From assembly GCA_001780285.1 (NCBI GenBank), contig MFGN01000001.1, positions 22-64,021 of the forward strand: a stretch of 64,000 nucleotides of DNA, given 5' to 3'. The position numbers and the translations under genes were made by a program. The DNA is from Candidatus Falkowbacteria bacterium RIFOXYD12_FULL_34_57. GTDB lineage: Bacteria; Patescibacteriota; Patescibacteriia; Patescibacteriales; UBA12075. Shown in pieces: positions 34,581 to 44,965 of this stretch; positions within the stretch are counted from its first letter, which is position 1; each line of letters begins with the position of its first letter. A model generated the notes under the pieces. That model was not told the DNA's origin. It made no database searches and saw only the letters and a program-made list of their open reading frames with translations.

Positions 34581-35633
34581 TTAAATAATATTTATAGCAA
34601 TATTCTCCAGTACCAATCTGGGATTTACATTAGCACTCAAGGCCTCCAAACCGTCCTTGATGCTTTGATTTAATTTTAAAATTCTTTTACTGGACAAATT
34701 AATAGTTTGAATACGCGACAAAAATACCTCGTTCTGAGTAATACTTCCGCATCCGCAGTCAAAAAGCAGCATATCTCGAATAGCCCCATTCCAAACTTGC
34801 AATATATCAAACGCTAAACTGGCCAAATTTTGTCCAACCGTTTTATTTGGTAACAATTCACTTATAGCCAACATGCGATTATTTATGTCTTGGTGGAAAA
34901 AATTGAAAAAAATGTCTACTTTCTTCTCATGGGCGCTTAAAGCATCTGCGTCTTCCATTAACTTAACTGCTAGCCTTGGTCGTCCTATACAAATTCTGGA
35001 AAATTTTTTAGCATCATCGCGCGTCGCATGACACTTATGAAACAAATAATCATAAATATCCGCTTGTTTTACTAATTTAAAATTTAAAATTTGACTGCGG
35101 GACAAAATGGTTTTTGGTAAACTATCAATATCATGTGTTACTAAAATTAATATGGTATTTTTTTTGGGTTCTTCCAGTGTTTTCAAAAGCGCATTTAATG
35201 CTTTTTCACTCAACTTTTCGGCTATATTAATAATTCCAACTTTATAAAAGCCCCCGAACGAACTCATGTTTAATTTGGTGATAAAATCCCTGACTTGTTC
35301 TATTGATATATTTTTCTTATCTTCTTCTCTGGAAAGCACAAAAAAATCCCCATGTCCGTCTATTTGCCCGTTTCTTAAAATATTACAAGAGGCACAAGCC
35401 CCGCAAGGAAAATCTTTTTCACCACTGTGTACATTTTGGCATAATAAACTCTTGGCAAAATAAACAGCAGCATTAAACTTGCCAAGATATTCGGGACCTG
35501 CAAAAATATATGTTCCTTGAATGCGCTGATTGTCTTGTTTATCGGCGGGCTGATTGACGCTTTTTTCTAAAAAATCAGTAATGGGGATATTACCAATAAT
35601 CGGCCAATCAGGCTTGAATCTTTCTTTTTTCAT
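34581..35633 (-). CDS. holB: DNA polymerase III subunit delta' (HolB)
   Basis: YIFAGPEYLGK (degenerate P-loop), zinc module CGACASC, and KTLEEP...ILVT sensor motifs. Confidence 0.8.
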   Translation of the reverse strand: MKKERFKPDWPIIGNIPITDFLEKSVNQPADKQDNQRIQGTYIFAGPEYLGKFNAAVYFAKSLLCQNVHSGEKDFPCGACASCNILRNGQIDGHGDFFVLSREEDKKNISIEQVRDFITKLNMSSFGGFYKVGIINIAEKLSEKALNALLKTLEEPKKNTILILVTHDIDSLPKTILSRSQILNFKLVKQADIYDYLFHKCHATRDDAKKFSRICIGRPRLAVKLMEDADALSAHEKKVDIFFNFFHQDINNRMLAISELLPNKTVGQNLASLAFDILQVWNGAIRDMLLFDCGCGSITQNEVFLSRIQTINLSSKRILKLNQSIKDGLEALSANVNPRLVLENIAINII

Positions 35634-35639
35634 GGTTAA

Positions 35640-35668
35640 ATTATAACATTATAGATATTATTTTGCAA
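35640..35668 (-). promoter_or_regulatory. promoter TTGCAA-N17-TATAAT placed 6 nt from the holB ATG (leaderless architecture)
   Basis: Sense strand reads TTGCAAAATAATATCTATAATGTTATAAT-TTAACC-ATG. No SD is present. Confidence 0.55.
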
Positions 35669-35678
35669 TTATTTTGCA
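35657..35678. repeat. perfect tandem 11-mer (ATTATTTTGCA)x2
   Basis: Read directly from the sequence. It overlaps the holB -35 region. Confidence 0.8.
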
Positions 35679-35689
35679 ATTTTTTATGT

Positions 35690-35722
35690 AAAAAGACAGT
35701 AAATTGATTACTGTCTTTTGTT
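35690..35722 (-). terminator. hairpin terminator after lon
   Basis: AGACAGTAA-N5-TTACTGTCT. The U-run is short on the minus strand and strong on the plus strand. Confidence 0.5.
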
Positions 35723-35744
35723 TTTCTCTGCACATCGGCAGATT

Positions 35745-38039
35745 CTAATCTTTAAGCGCAAAATTTACCGCATCTATCATATTGTGAAAAAATTTAAACT
35801 GCATTTTTTTCTTAATTTCCGAAGGTATATCATCTATATCCTGCTTGTTATTTTTGGGAAGTATAATGCATTTTATACCTTCGCGGTATGCCGCTAAAAC
35901 TTTTTCCTTAACACCGCCTACAGCTACAACATCACCCCGTAGAGTTATCTCGCCGGTCATGGCAATATCATCTCTTACCCTTTTTCCTGTAGCTCTGGAA
36001 ATCAGAGCGGTGAGCATGGTAATACCGGCCGAAGGTCCGTCTTTGGGAACAGCGCCGCCAGGCACATGAATATGAACCTTGTTTTCATTAAAAAAATTTT
36101 CATCTTCAATATTGAATTGCCCAATATTAGCTTGGGCAAAATTAAGTGCTATCATCGCCGACTCCTGCATTACATCGCCAAGCTGCCCCGTTAATTCACA
36201 AGATGGATTCGGATCTTTAAAAACCAACGTCTCAATATATAAAAGCTCTCCACCCATGGGCGTCCAAGCGAGTCCAGCCACTACTCCAGGAAGAATATTT
36301 TTTAACCTTTGCTCGCATTGTTGCCCGTTTCCTAAATATTTTTTTACATCCTGTTTGTGTATCTTAAATCCTCTAGAATTATTTTCAATAATTCCAACTG
36401 CAATCTTTCGACAAATTTTAGCTATCTTTTGTTCAAGCTCCCGCACTCCGGCTTCTGCAGTATAAGAAGCAATAATATTTTTTATTGCTGCTTCAGAAAA
36501 TTGTATATTTTTATCCGCAAGTCCTTTGGACATGATTTGTCTGGGCACCAAATGCTTTTCGGCAATTTTTACTTTTTCCTCTTGAGTATACCCGGGAAGC
36601 TGAATTACCTCCATCCTGTCCCGCAATGGATTGGGAATGGAATATAAATCATTCGCAGTAGTAATAAACATTACTTTTGACAAATCAAAAGGAACACTTA
36701 AATAATGATCGCTAAAACTATTGTTTTGTTCCGGGTCCAGAGCTTCAAGTAGCGCAGAAGACGGGTCGCCTCTGTGATCGCTTCCCAGCTTATCAATTTC
36801 ATCAAGCATAAAAACCGGATTATTGGTTCCTGCTCTTTGAATTCCCTGAATGATATTTCCAGGAAGAGCCCCAATGTATGTTCTTCTGTGTCCGCGAATT
36901 TCGGCTTCATCACGCACTCCACCGAGAGAAATACGATAAAATTCCCGTCCCAAGGCCCTCGCTATAGATTTCCCCATAGAGGTCTTTCCCACACCGGGAG
37001 GACCAACAAAACAAAGTATGGCTCCGCGCGCATTAGGATTTAAAACCTTAACAGCTAAATTTTCAATAATTGTTTCTTTGATGCTCTCTAAACCATAATG
37101 ATCTTCTTGTAAAATTTTTCTGGCTTTTTTAATATCCAAACCATCTTCAGTATATGTTTCCCATGGAAGATCAATAATTAAACCCAAATAGGTTCTTACC
37201 ACCTCCGCCTCTGAGCTACTGGGGCTCATGCGAGAAAGCCTTTCTAGTTCTTTCTCTGCCTCTTCCCTGGCTTTTTCCGGCAAATCTATAGAGTCCAACC
37301 GTTTTTGATATTCCGCAATGTCATCCTCTTTATCGTCTGTAATACCAAGTTGTTTATGAATATCTTGATGCAATAATTCCAATATCTTTTTGTCTTGTTC
37401 ATTTTTTAAATTCTTGCCAATATTTTGAAAAATTTTTATTTGTGTCTCAAATTTTCTCATTTCCAAATCAAGAGTATTTAAAATTTTCTCTAAACGCTTT
37501 TTCACATCTATGGTTTCTAGTATTTCCTGCCGCCACCCAATATCCGTGGATAATGCATTGGCCATGGAGTCAATCCTGTCAGAAATGCTTTCAAAACCAC
37601 CTTCTAAAAATTGTCTTCCCGTCAATTGCAAAAATTTATTAAAACGCTCGCACAAAGTGTTGTATAATGCTTTTATATTATTTTGTTCATTCTCTACTTG
37701 AACAAATTTAAATCTAACCACTAGCGGATTTTTTGTTAATACTTCTTTTATTTGAAATCTGCCAACGGTTTTTACTTCCAGAATAACATCCTGTCCAGAA
37801 AGCTGTACTGCCAATATCTTTGCCAGTGTCCCAATTTTTATTGTTTCAATATTTTGAGAATTTACAATTCCCAAAATTCCATTATTTTCTCTTTGAATAA
37901 AATCAATATGTTGACGAAACGAATTATTTAAATTAATAATAATTATTGTTCCAGGTAAAACAACACATCGATCCAAGGAAACCACAATTAGCTGCGCCGG
38001 TAAATCACTTGCCTGAAAAAAGGCCTTTTGAATTTGCAT
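35745..38039 (-). CDS. lon: ATP-dependent Lon protease (LonA)
   Basis: Motifs GPPGVGKTS and DEIDK, and the proteolytic PKDGPSAGITM with a downstream K. An AAGGAGGA SD is present. Confidence 0.97.
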   Translation of the reverse strand: MQIQKAFFQASDLPAQLIVVSLDRCVVLPGTIIIINLNNSFRQHIDFIQRENNGILGIVNSQNIETIKIGTLAKILAVQLSGQDVILEVKTVGRFQIKEVLTKNPLVVRFKFVQVENEQNNIKALYNTLCERFNKFLQLTGRQFLEGGFESISDRIDSMANALSTDIGWRQEILETIDVKKRLEKILNTLDLEMRKFETQIKIFQNIGKNLKNEQDKKILELLHQDIHKQLGITDDKEDDIAEYQKRLDSIDLPEKAREEAEKELERLSRMSPSSSEAEVVRTYLGLIIDLPWETYTEDGLDIKKARKILQEDHYGLESIKETIIENLAVKVLNPNARGAILCFVGPPGVGKTSMGKSIARALGREFYRISLGGVRDEAEIRGHRRTYIGALPGNIIQGIQRAGTNNPVFMLDEIDKLGSDHRGDPSSALLEALDPEQNNSFSDHYLSVPFDLSKVMFITTANDLYSIPNPLRDRMEVIQLPGYTQEEKVKIAEKHLVPRQIMSKGLADKNIQFSEAAIKNIIASYTAEAGVRELEQKIAKICRKIAVGIIENNSRGFKIHKQDVKKYLGNGQQCEQRLKNILPGVVAGLAWTPMGGELLYIETLVFKDPNPSCELTGQLGDVMQESAMIALNFAQANIGQFNIEDENFFNENKVHIHVPGGAVPKDGPSAGITMLTALISRATGKRVRDDIAMTGEITLRGDVVAVGGVKEKVLAAYREGIKCIILPKNNKQDIDDIPSEIKKKMQFKFFHNMIDAVNFALKD

Positions 38040-38215
38040 GAGTATTCCTCCTTATGAATTTCCGTAATTTCCGCCAAAAATTTTACGCTTAAATTTTTAA
38101 AGTACTTTTAAATTTTTTAGTTTATGATAAAAAAATAACATAATAATACAATAAAAACAACAAAAAAAATCAAATTGTAATCATTTAAAAATATTATTAT
38201 TTTAAGATAAAAACA

Positions 38216-38249
38216 AATTGATTCTGTGAATTGATTTTGTGTTTAAAAT
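38216..38249 (+). promoter_or_regulatory. tandem 13-bp direct repeat AATTGATT(C/T)TGTG x2 abutting a TAAAAT -10 box
   Basis: Read directly from the sequence. It replaces a -35 element about 65 nt upstream of the Na/Pi transporter ATG. Confidence 0.4.
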
Positions 38250-38310
38250 ATGTTAATTTGAATCTACAATTTTAGAACTTTAACAATTTAAATTATTAAC
38301 AGGAGGAGAA

Positions 38311-40095
38311 ATGGATTATAAAACTGTTTCTGCGGCGCCCGAATGGATAAAATCCTCAAAAATTTATATTTTTATAATTTTTGCTTTTTTGATTTTATTC
38401 CCTGAGAATATTTTTGCCGGAAATGATGCTCAAGGCATCTCGTGGATTTTTTTGACGATTAATTGTCTTGGCGGTCTAGCCCTATTTCTTTATGGCATGG
38501 AAATTATGAGCGATAGCTTAAAAAAATCTGCCGGAAGCAAAATGAAAGATATTCTTTCCAAAGTAACCCAGAATCGTTTTTCCGCTCTTTTGGCCGGAAT
38601 ATTTATTACCGCCACTATTCAATCCAGCAGTGCTACCACCGCTATTCTTATCAGTTTGGTACAGGCTGAACTTATTAAATTTACCCAAACACTAGGGGTG
38701 ATACTGGGTGCGGATATTGGCACCACAATTACTGTCCAGCTAATCGCTTTTAAATTTTCTGAATATCTTTATGGAATTATCGCTTTAGGATTTATCTTAA
38801 AAATACTAGGAAAAAAAGATCATATCAAAAATATCGGCGCCATCATGTTGGGATTCGGACTTTTGTTCTTAGGAATGAAAACTATGAGCGGAACAATGGC
38901 TCCTCTGCAGCAGCTGCCAATCATTACCGAAACCTTAAAAACATTAAGTAATCCAATTTTGGGGATACTGGCTGGTACTTTCATTACCGCCATTATTCAA
39001 GCCAGTGGCGCTTTTATGGGAATTATAATTCTTTTAGCCGGCCAAGGGGTAATCAATCTAGAAATAGCGATTCCTTTAATGTTTGGAGCTAATATCGGTA
39101 CTTGCATTACGGCGGGACTGGCTAGTATCGGCACATCACGAGAAGCAAAAAGAGTAGCAATAGCGCATGCAATCTTTAAAATCGCCGGCGTAGCAATATT
39201 CTATTTCTTTATTCCGCAATTCATAGATCTGATCCGGTATTTATCCGCACAATTTAATTTTAGCATTGAACGAGATATTGCCAACGCACATACCATATTC
39301 AATGTGGCACTGGCATTCATCTTTATATTCTTCACCGGCGCCTTTGCTTGGGTGGTAAATAAAATATTACCATACAAAAAAGAAGAAAAAGTTCTGGATC
39401 TCAGAACACAATATCTGGATGATAAAGTTCTCAATACGCCGACAGTTGCTCTGCAACTTGCCAGAAAAGAAATATCACGCATGGCTGATCTGTTAGAGGT
39501 CATGTTATCTGAATCCATTATTCTCTTTACAAAAAAGGGGGAAATGAAAGATAAATTATACCCAGAACTATCACTAATAGAAGGTCTGGATAGAAGAGAA
39601 AATCTGATAGATTTTCTGGAAGATGAAACGGGAAAATATTTAAACAAAATCGGACAACAAACTATTACACCCGCACAATTTGATGAAACCAGCGGCATGA
39701 GAACTATTCTCAGAAAAACCGAAAGAATTGGAGACATAATCCATAGACATATTTTATTTTTATATTACGAAAAGCAAAAATTAAAATATGACTTTTCACC
39801 GGATGGTAAAAAAGAACTTTTGGAATTCAACCAAAAAATATGCGAACAGTTAAACCGCCTGCAAAGAGCTTTTGCGCAAACAGATCCAGGAGAAGCTAAA
39901 AGAATCACAACAGAAGACCAAAAATATTGTCTTTTAAGCTCTAAAATAGAACAACAACACAAAGATCGTGTTTTAAAAGGAATTCAAGAATCTAAGGAAA
40001 CCCACGAAATTCACTGGAAATTATTAGATGCCATGAAAAGAATCAACAGGCACACATGTGAAATCGCCGATGTTATCCTCTCTGCTAATTGGTAA
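38311..40095 (+). CDS. Na/Pi cotransporter family protein with a C-terminal PhoU-like domain
   Basis: Duplicated GADIGTTITVQL / GANIGTCITA motifs, multiple TM segments, and a helical C-terminal half. Confidence 0.85.
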   Translation: MDYKTVSAAPEWIKSSKIYIFIIFAFLILFPENIFAGNDAQGISWIFLTINCLGGLALFLYGMEIMSDSLKKSAGSKMKDILSKVTQNRFSALLAGIFITATIQSSSATTAILISLVQAELIKFTQTLGVILGADIGTTITVQLIAFKFSEYLYGIIALGFILKILGKKDHIKNIGAIMLGFGLLFLGMKTMSGTMAPLQQLPIITETLKTLSNPILGILAGTFITAIIQASGAFMGIIILLAGQGVINLEIAIPLMFGANIGTCITAGLASIGTSREAKRVAIAHAIFKIAGVAIFYFFIPQFIDLIRYLSAQFNFSIERDIANAHTIFNVALAFIFIFFTGAFAWVVNKILPYKKEEKVLDLRTQYLDDKVLNTPTVALQLARKEISRMADLLEVMLSESIILFTKKGEMKDKLYPELSLIEGLDRRENLIDFLEDETGKYLNKIGQQTITPAQFDETSGMRTILRKTERIGDIIHRHILFLYYEKQKLKYDFSPDGKKELLEFNQKICEQLNRLQRAFAQTDPGEAKRITTEDQKYCLLSSKIEQQHKDRVLKGIQESKETHEIHWKLLDAMKRINRHTCEIADVILSANW

Positions 40096-40114
40096 AATCT
40101 ATTATCAATCCACA

Positions 40115-40139
40115 AACCGCTCAAAAACGAGCGGTTTTT
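40115..40139 (+). terminator. intrinsic terminator
   Basis: AACCGCTC-AAAAAC-GAGCGGTT followed by TTT. Confidence 0.75.
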
Positions 40140-40180
40140 AAATTTTTTATATTAATATAAATAAAAAATGACTTTTATGC

Positions 40181-40209
40181 TTGATTTTTTCTTAAAAACC
40201 TGTTATATT
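40181..40209 (+). promoter_or_regulatory. promoter TTGATT-N17-TGtTATATT, 6 nt from ATG 40216 (leaderless architecture)
   Basis: Read directly from the sequence. This supports 40216 as the true start. Confidence 0.55.
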
Positions 40210-40215
40210 GCAGGC

Positions 40216-41565
40216 ATGAATGATAAATTAAAAAAAATTATATTACTTCTTGGAGATATTGGTGTTTTGTATTTATCACTTTATATTACGCTGATTATTA
40301 GATACCAATCACTTCCAAATGTTCAAACATGGCAAAGCCACATTACCCCGTTTTCCATTATCTTTTTTGTTTGGATTGTTGTTTTTTTTATTGCCAACCT
40401 ATACAACCTTCATTTAGCCGTAAATAACTCCAAATTCATTGTAACCTCTATTCGTTCCATGCTTGTTGCCGGACTTCTTTCAGTGGTCTTTTTTTATACA
40501 AATCCAAATCTGCCCATTACACCAAAAACAAATCTTATTATTTTTTTGATAATATCAATATTATTTTTCTTGCTATGGAGGAGAGCTTTTAACTGGGTAC
40601 TTGGCGCCTACTTACCAAAAAACAAAATCGCCTTCATAGGATACAACGAACAAATCAAGGAGCTTATAAAAATTTTTAATGAAAAACCCCATTTGGGCTA
40701 TATCCCCTCTTTGGTTATTAGTAAAAATAAAATTGATGAAAAAATTTTTCATGAAAAAAATACTTATAAACTTTCTAAATTAATAAAAGAAAAAAACATC
40801 AATACGGTAATACTGGCTGATGATCCCCACCAATCTCACGCTATAAGATCGTCCCTTTTTTCCTGCCTGCATTTAAACATTAACCTTTTTTCTCTGCCAA
40901 ATTTCTATGAAGTAATTACCGGAAAAATTCCCCTGGATGCGATTAACCAAATGTGGTTTTTGGAAAATTTAAACAAAGGCACAAAAACATTTTTTAACAT
41001 ATTTAAGCGTGTTTCCGATATCGCGCTAGCTCTGATTATTTTATTTTTAACTTTACCTTTTTGGCTTATAATAATAATTATTATTAAATATGAAAGCCCG
41101 GGATCAATTTTTTATTTCAGCCGAAGATCCGGCAAAAATAAAAAAATATTTAATTTGATAAAATTTCGTACAATGCGAGAAAATGGAAACAATCATGCAT
41201 ATACCAAAAAAAACGATCCGCGAATTACTAAATTCGGTGTTTTTATGCGAAAAACAAGAATTGATGAAATTCCACAGGTTATAAATATTTTAAGGGGGGA
41301 AATTAGTTTTGTGGGTCCGCGTCCGGAGCGTCCGGAATTAATAATAAATCTGGAAAAAGAAATACCGTTTTACAACGAAAGAATGCTGGTCAAACCAGGC
41401 CTCTCTGGTTGGGCGCAGATCGCAGAGTATCACTCTCCCACTGTAGAAGATACTATTAAAAAATTACAATATGATCTATTCTATGTAAAAAACAAATCTA
41501 TCTATTTAGATTTGGTGATTATGTTAAAAACTATTTTAATGATAGCAAAAGGGGGGGGACGATAA
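40216..41565 (+). CDS. polyprenyl-phosphate sugar phosphotransferase (WbaP/EpsB-type priming glycosyltransferase)
   Basis: Motifs [53 protein letters not shown] and GLSGWAQI. Confidence 0.9.
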   Translation: MNDKLKKIILLLGDIGVLYLSLYITLIIRYQSLPNVQTWQSHITPFSIIFFVWIVVFFIANLYNLHLAVNNSKFIVTSIRSMLVAGLLSVVFFYTNPNLPITPKTNLIIFLIISILFFLLWRRAFNWVLGAYLPKNKIAFIGYNEQIKELIKIFNEKPHLGYIPSLVISKNKIDEKIFHEKNTYKLSKLIKEKNINTVILADDPHQSHAIRSSLFSCLHLNINLFSLPNFYEVITGKIPLDAINQMWFLENLNKGTKTFFNIFKRVSDIALALIILFLTLPFWLIIIIIIKYESPGSIFYFSRRSGKNKKIFNLIKFRTMRENGNNHAYTKKNDPRITKFGVFMRKTRIDEIPQVINILRGEISFVGPRPERPELIINLEKEIPFYNERMLVKPGLSGWAQIAEYHSPTVEDTIKKLQYDLFYVKNKSIYLDLVIMLKTILMIAKGGGR

Positions 41566-41632
41566 ATTTTTTTACAAAAAATTTATCTAGTTAAAAGTTA
41601 AAAATCTATAAAGTTGAAAGTAGTTTATATAA

Positions 41633-41661
41633 CAAAAAACAGACCTTGGGTCTGTTTTTTG
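41633..41661. terminator. bidirectional intrinsic terminator
   Basis: ACAGACC-TTG-GGTCTGT flanked by A6 and T6. Confidence 0.8.
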
Positions 41662-41740
41662 TTATATCAAAACGTTAAAATAAAACTTAATCTATCGCGC
41701 AAGCGATACTCGGGCGGAATAAATTTTTAACTAAGACCCC

Positions 41741-43051
41741 CTAATAATCTCTAAGCTTCTTGATTCCCTCGTGCTTTTGAATCTTTTCTAGCGCCTTGGC
41801 TTCAATCTGTCTGATACGCTCACGGGTTACATCAAATTCTCGCCCCACCTCTTCCAGGGTATGAGCCACTCCATCATCAAGACCAAAACGCATTTCTAAT
41901 ATCTTTTGTTCACGCGGAGAAAGCTGAATAATCACATCGTGTACATAATCTTTTAAGAGTTGCAGAGCGGCTGATTTATCAGGAGTAACATTTTTTACAT
42001 CTTCAATAAAATCTTCAAGTGTTGAATCTTCTTCATCATCCCCCACTGTCGTTTCAAGTGAAATAGTATCTTGAGAAATTTTCATAATGTGGCGAACTTT
42101 ATCTATTTCCTCCCCCATCTCAGCAGAAATCTCTTCCGGCAGAGGTTCTCGGCCCAAATCCTGTATTAACTGTCTTTGGATTTGCTGAAATCTGTTAATG
42201 GTTTCTACCATATGAACCGGAATGCGAATGGTTCTGGATTGGTCGGCGAGCGCCCTGGTAATTGCCTGTCTAATCCACCATGTGGCATAGGTAGAAAATT
42301 TATAACCCTTTCGATATTCAAACTTTTCTACAGCCCTAAATAAACCAATGTTTCCCTCCTGAATCAAATCAAGCAAAGAAAGCCCCTTGGCCCCTGAAAA
42401 TTTCTTAGCAATTGAAACCACTAATCTTAGATTAGCCTCTATAATATATCTCTCAGCCTCCTTATCTCCCTTTTCCTTTCTTTTAGCAAGTTCTACTTCC
42501 TCTTCGGATTTTAACAAGGGAACCTTGCCAATTTCCTTAAGATACATTTGTATGGAATCCGAACTCAATTTAGATAAATCCACCATATTTTTAGGATTCA
42601 AAATCTTGCCGCCACCGGTTTCCTGATGTTCCATCTTATCCTTTTCATATTCTAATATTTTTCCCGAATCTTCTATGATTTGCACGCCATTCTTTTGTAG
42701 TTTCTCTAAAAATAATTCATAACCAAAAATATATTCTTCCACCTCCGGAAAAACATATAATAATTCTGTTTCGGTAATAAAACCCCTGGATCTTCCTTTG
42801 GCAATTAACTTTTCGGTTTGTGCTTCTTCCGGAAAAATAATTTCTCTTTTTTCTGCCGCCTTTGGCGCAATTTTTTTCTTTGGTGTAGCTTTTTTGGTTG
42901 AAATTTTATTTTTCGGTACAAGCTTTTTCTTTGGTGCAACCTTTCTTACCGGAGATTTTTTTGTAATTGCCTTCTTTTTTGGTGTAGCTTTTTTAGTTGT
43001 TGCTTTCCCTCCAGGGCTTTTGCGCAGGGGGAATTTTTTAGTCTTTACCAT
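41741..43051 (-). CDS. rpoD: RNA polymerase sigma factor RpoD with a Lys/Pro-rich basic N-terminal extension
   Basis: Regions 1.2-4.2 are present ([34 protein letters not shown]...[10 protein letters not shown]). The first roughly 70 aa are KKATPKKK-type repeats. Confidence 0.97.
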   Translation of the reverse strand: MVKTKKFPLRKSPGGKATTKKATPKKKAITKKSPVRKVAPKKKLVPKNKISTKKATPKKKIAPKAAEKREIIFPEEAQTEKLIAKGRSRGFITETELLYVFPEVEEYIFGYELFLEKLQKNGVQIIEDSGKILEYEKDKMEHQETGGGKILNPKNMVDLSKLSSDSIQMYLKEIGKVPLLKSEEEVELAKRKEKGDKEAERYIIEANLRLVVSIAKKFSGAKGLSLLDLIQEGNIGLFRAVEKFEYRKGYKFSTYATWWIRQAITRALADQSRTIRIPVHMVETINRFQQIQRQLIQDLGREPLPEEISAEMGEEIDKVRHIMKISQDTISLETTVGDDEEDSTLEDFIEDVKNVTPDKSAALQLLKDYVHDVIIQLSPREQKILEMRFGLDDGVAHTLEEVGREFDVTRERIRQIEAKALEKIQKHEGIKKLRDY

Positions 43052-43060
43052 TTTTTGTAT

Positions 43061-44920
43061 TTATATAGAACTTAATTCATCTGATAAAATTTTAAATTCT
43101 TCCAACAATTCATTTATTTCTCTCTGTTTATTTTCTTTTTCTTTGCTAGAAATCTCTTTTTCAATTATTTTCATCCTACCGGATATATAGCTTCTCTTTA
43201 AAAACGAAATTGCATTAATTGTATTTTCTTTTATTACACCTATTTCCAACCCCGAAAATTCTTTGTCACCCAAAAGAACCAGTCTATCTAAACTATTTGA
43301 CTGGTTTATCCCATTTTCTTTATCTTCATTTAATAACCATTCTCTAAAACTAAAATAATCAAACAAATCATCTTGAGATGATTTATCTAAACCGTGATTA
43401 TTTATATTATTATTATAATAAAAAATTAATTTTTTGTAAATAGCTATATTTGATAAACCAACCAATTCATTTACCTGAATATGATTAATTACATATTCAA
43501 ATACTGATAAATTCCTTAATGTTGCGGATAAAACGAGCTCGCTTAATTTTTCCTCCCTGCTTAATACTTGAGCATCAGACTTGTTTTCGCGTAGCTTTGT
43601 TTCTGTATTTACCTTAAATGTTGTTGGCTTGTTCTGGCTTGCAAAAATCTTTGTTAGTTCCCCCCTAATACTCCTCTCTTCTGCTCCCATTTTTTCACTA
43701 ATCTTTTTTACCCAAAAATCCTTTTCAATTTCATTTGGTAATTTTAAAACATGCGGCAACAAATTAGTTTTAATGCTATCTCGATCTTCAATTCTATCCA
43801 AATTTAATCCTTCAAAAGTTTTATCAAAATAATAATCCATAAAATATTTTGCTTCTTTTATGGCAGTTCTCCATCCATCTAAATTCTTACGAATACATTC
43901 ATCGGGATCTTTTCCATCTGGCAAGGATAAAATTTTTACCATCATCCCCAATTTCATAGCCTCAGTAATTCCTTTTTCAGCAGCTTGTATCCCGGCATTA
44001 TCCATATCAAAAGCTATTATTATTTGATTTGTAAAACGCTTTAATAGCACAATTTGCTCATCGGTTAAGGCAGTACCAGAAGATGCTACTACATTTTTAA
44101 AACCGTACTTATGAGCAGTAATTGCATCCATCTGTCCTTCCACTATTATCGCATAACCCTGATTTTTAATTTCTAGTTTTGCCTTGTCTAAACCAAACAA
44201 AATCTTACTCTTGTTATAAACATCTGTTTGCGGACTATTGATGTATTTCCCCATTTTTTCCCTTGCTTCCTTTTCTGGACTGACTCTAGCCGTAAAAGCA
44301 ACGATATTTCCGTTTACGTCGTTGATTGGAAACATAATTCTTCCGCGGAACCTGTCATAATATCCGGAAGAACCACTTCTTTTAAGCGACATCCCGGCTT
44401 CAAATATCTCATTGTCATGAAAGCCTTTTTTTCTCAAGGGGCTATAAACATTATCCCATCCCTCGGGGCTGTATCCAATTCCCCATTCAACAATCACTTT
44501 GTTGTCTACTCCCCTTTCGGTTAAATATTTTCGGGCGTTTTCAGCCGTCTTACTTTCTGTTAAAAATCTATTATAGTATTTACTGCACATCTCCAAAATG
44601 TCCAACAACCTGTTTCTTTTTGATATCTCCTGAAAATTTTGTTTTTTCAACTCCACACCCGCTTTTGGCGCTAAAAGCCTAAGGGTTTCTGCAAAATTTA
44701 TCCCCTCTATTTCTTTCACAAATTCTAAAACATCTCCTCCTTTACCACAGCCAAAACAATGCCAAATCTGTTTTTCCGGACTTACCATAAAAGATGGGGT
44801 TTTCTCACTATGAAATGGGCACTTGGCGCGAAAATTAGATCCGGCTTGCTGCAATTGAATATAATCGCGGATCACATCCACAATATCCAATCTAGATTTT
44901 ATTTCTTCGGATGGTTGCAT
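43061..44920 (-). CDS. dnaG: DNA primase DnaG
   Basis: Zinc ribbon CPFHSEKTPSF...CFGCG and Toprim EGQMDAI...DMDNAG. rpoD follows 9 nt downstream. Confidence 0.95.
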   Translation of the reverse strand: MQPSEEIKSRLDIVDVIRDYIQLQQAGSNFRAKCPFHSEKTPSFMVSPEKQIWHCFGCGKGGDVLEFVKEIEGINFAETLRLLAPKAGVELKKQNFQEISKRNRLLDILEMCSKYYNRFLTESKTAENARKYLTERGVDNKVIVEWGIGYSPEGWDNVYSPLRKKGFHDNEIFEAGMSLKRSGSSGYYDRFRGRIMFPINDVNGNIVAFTARVSPEKEAREKMGKYINSPQTDVYNKSKILFGLDKAKLEIKNQGYAIIVEGQMDAITAHKYGFKNVVASSGTALTDEQIVLLKRFTNQIIIAFDMDNAGIQAAEKGITEAMKLGMMVKILSLPDGKDPDECIRKNLDGWRTAIKEAKYFMDYYFDKTFEGLNLDRIEDRDSIKTNLLPHVLKLPNEIEKDFWVKKISEKMGAEERSIRGELTKIFASQNKPTTFKVNTETKLRENKSDAQVLSREEKLSELVLSATLRNLSVFEYVINHIQVNELVGLSNIAIYKKLIFYYNNNINNHGLDKSSQDDLFDYFSFREWLLNEDKENGINQSNSLDRLVLLGDKEFSGLEIGVIKENTINAISFLKRSYISGRMKIIEKEISSKEKENKQREINELLEEFKILSDELSSI

Positions 44921-44927
44921 GAATTTT

Positions 44928-44959
44928 AACTCAAAGCTTAAAGTGTAGAACTCAAAGCT
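44928..44959. repeat. direct repeat AACTCAAAGCT x2 (21-bp period) in the dnaG leader
   Basis: Read directly from the sequence. The proximal word AATTTTAACTCAAA is shared with the secD leader (24130-24146). Confidence 0.7.
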
Positions 44960-44965
44960 ACAACA

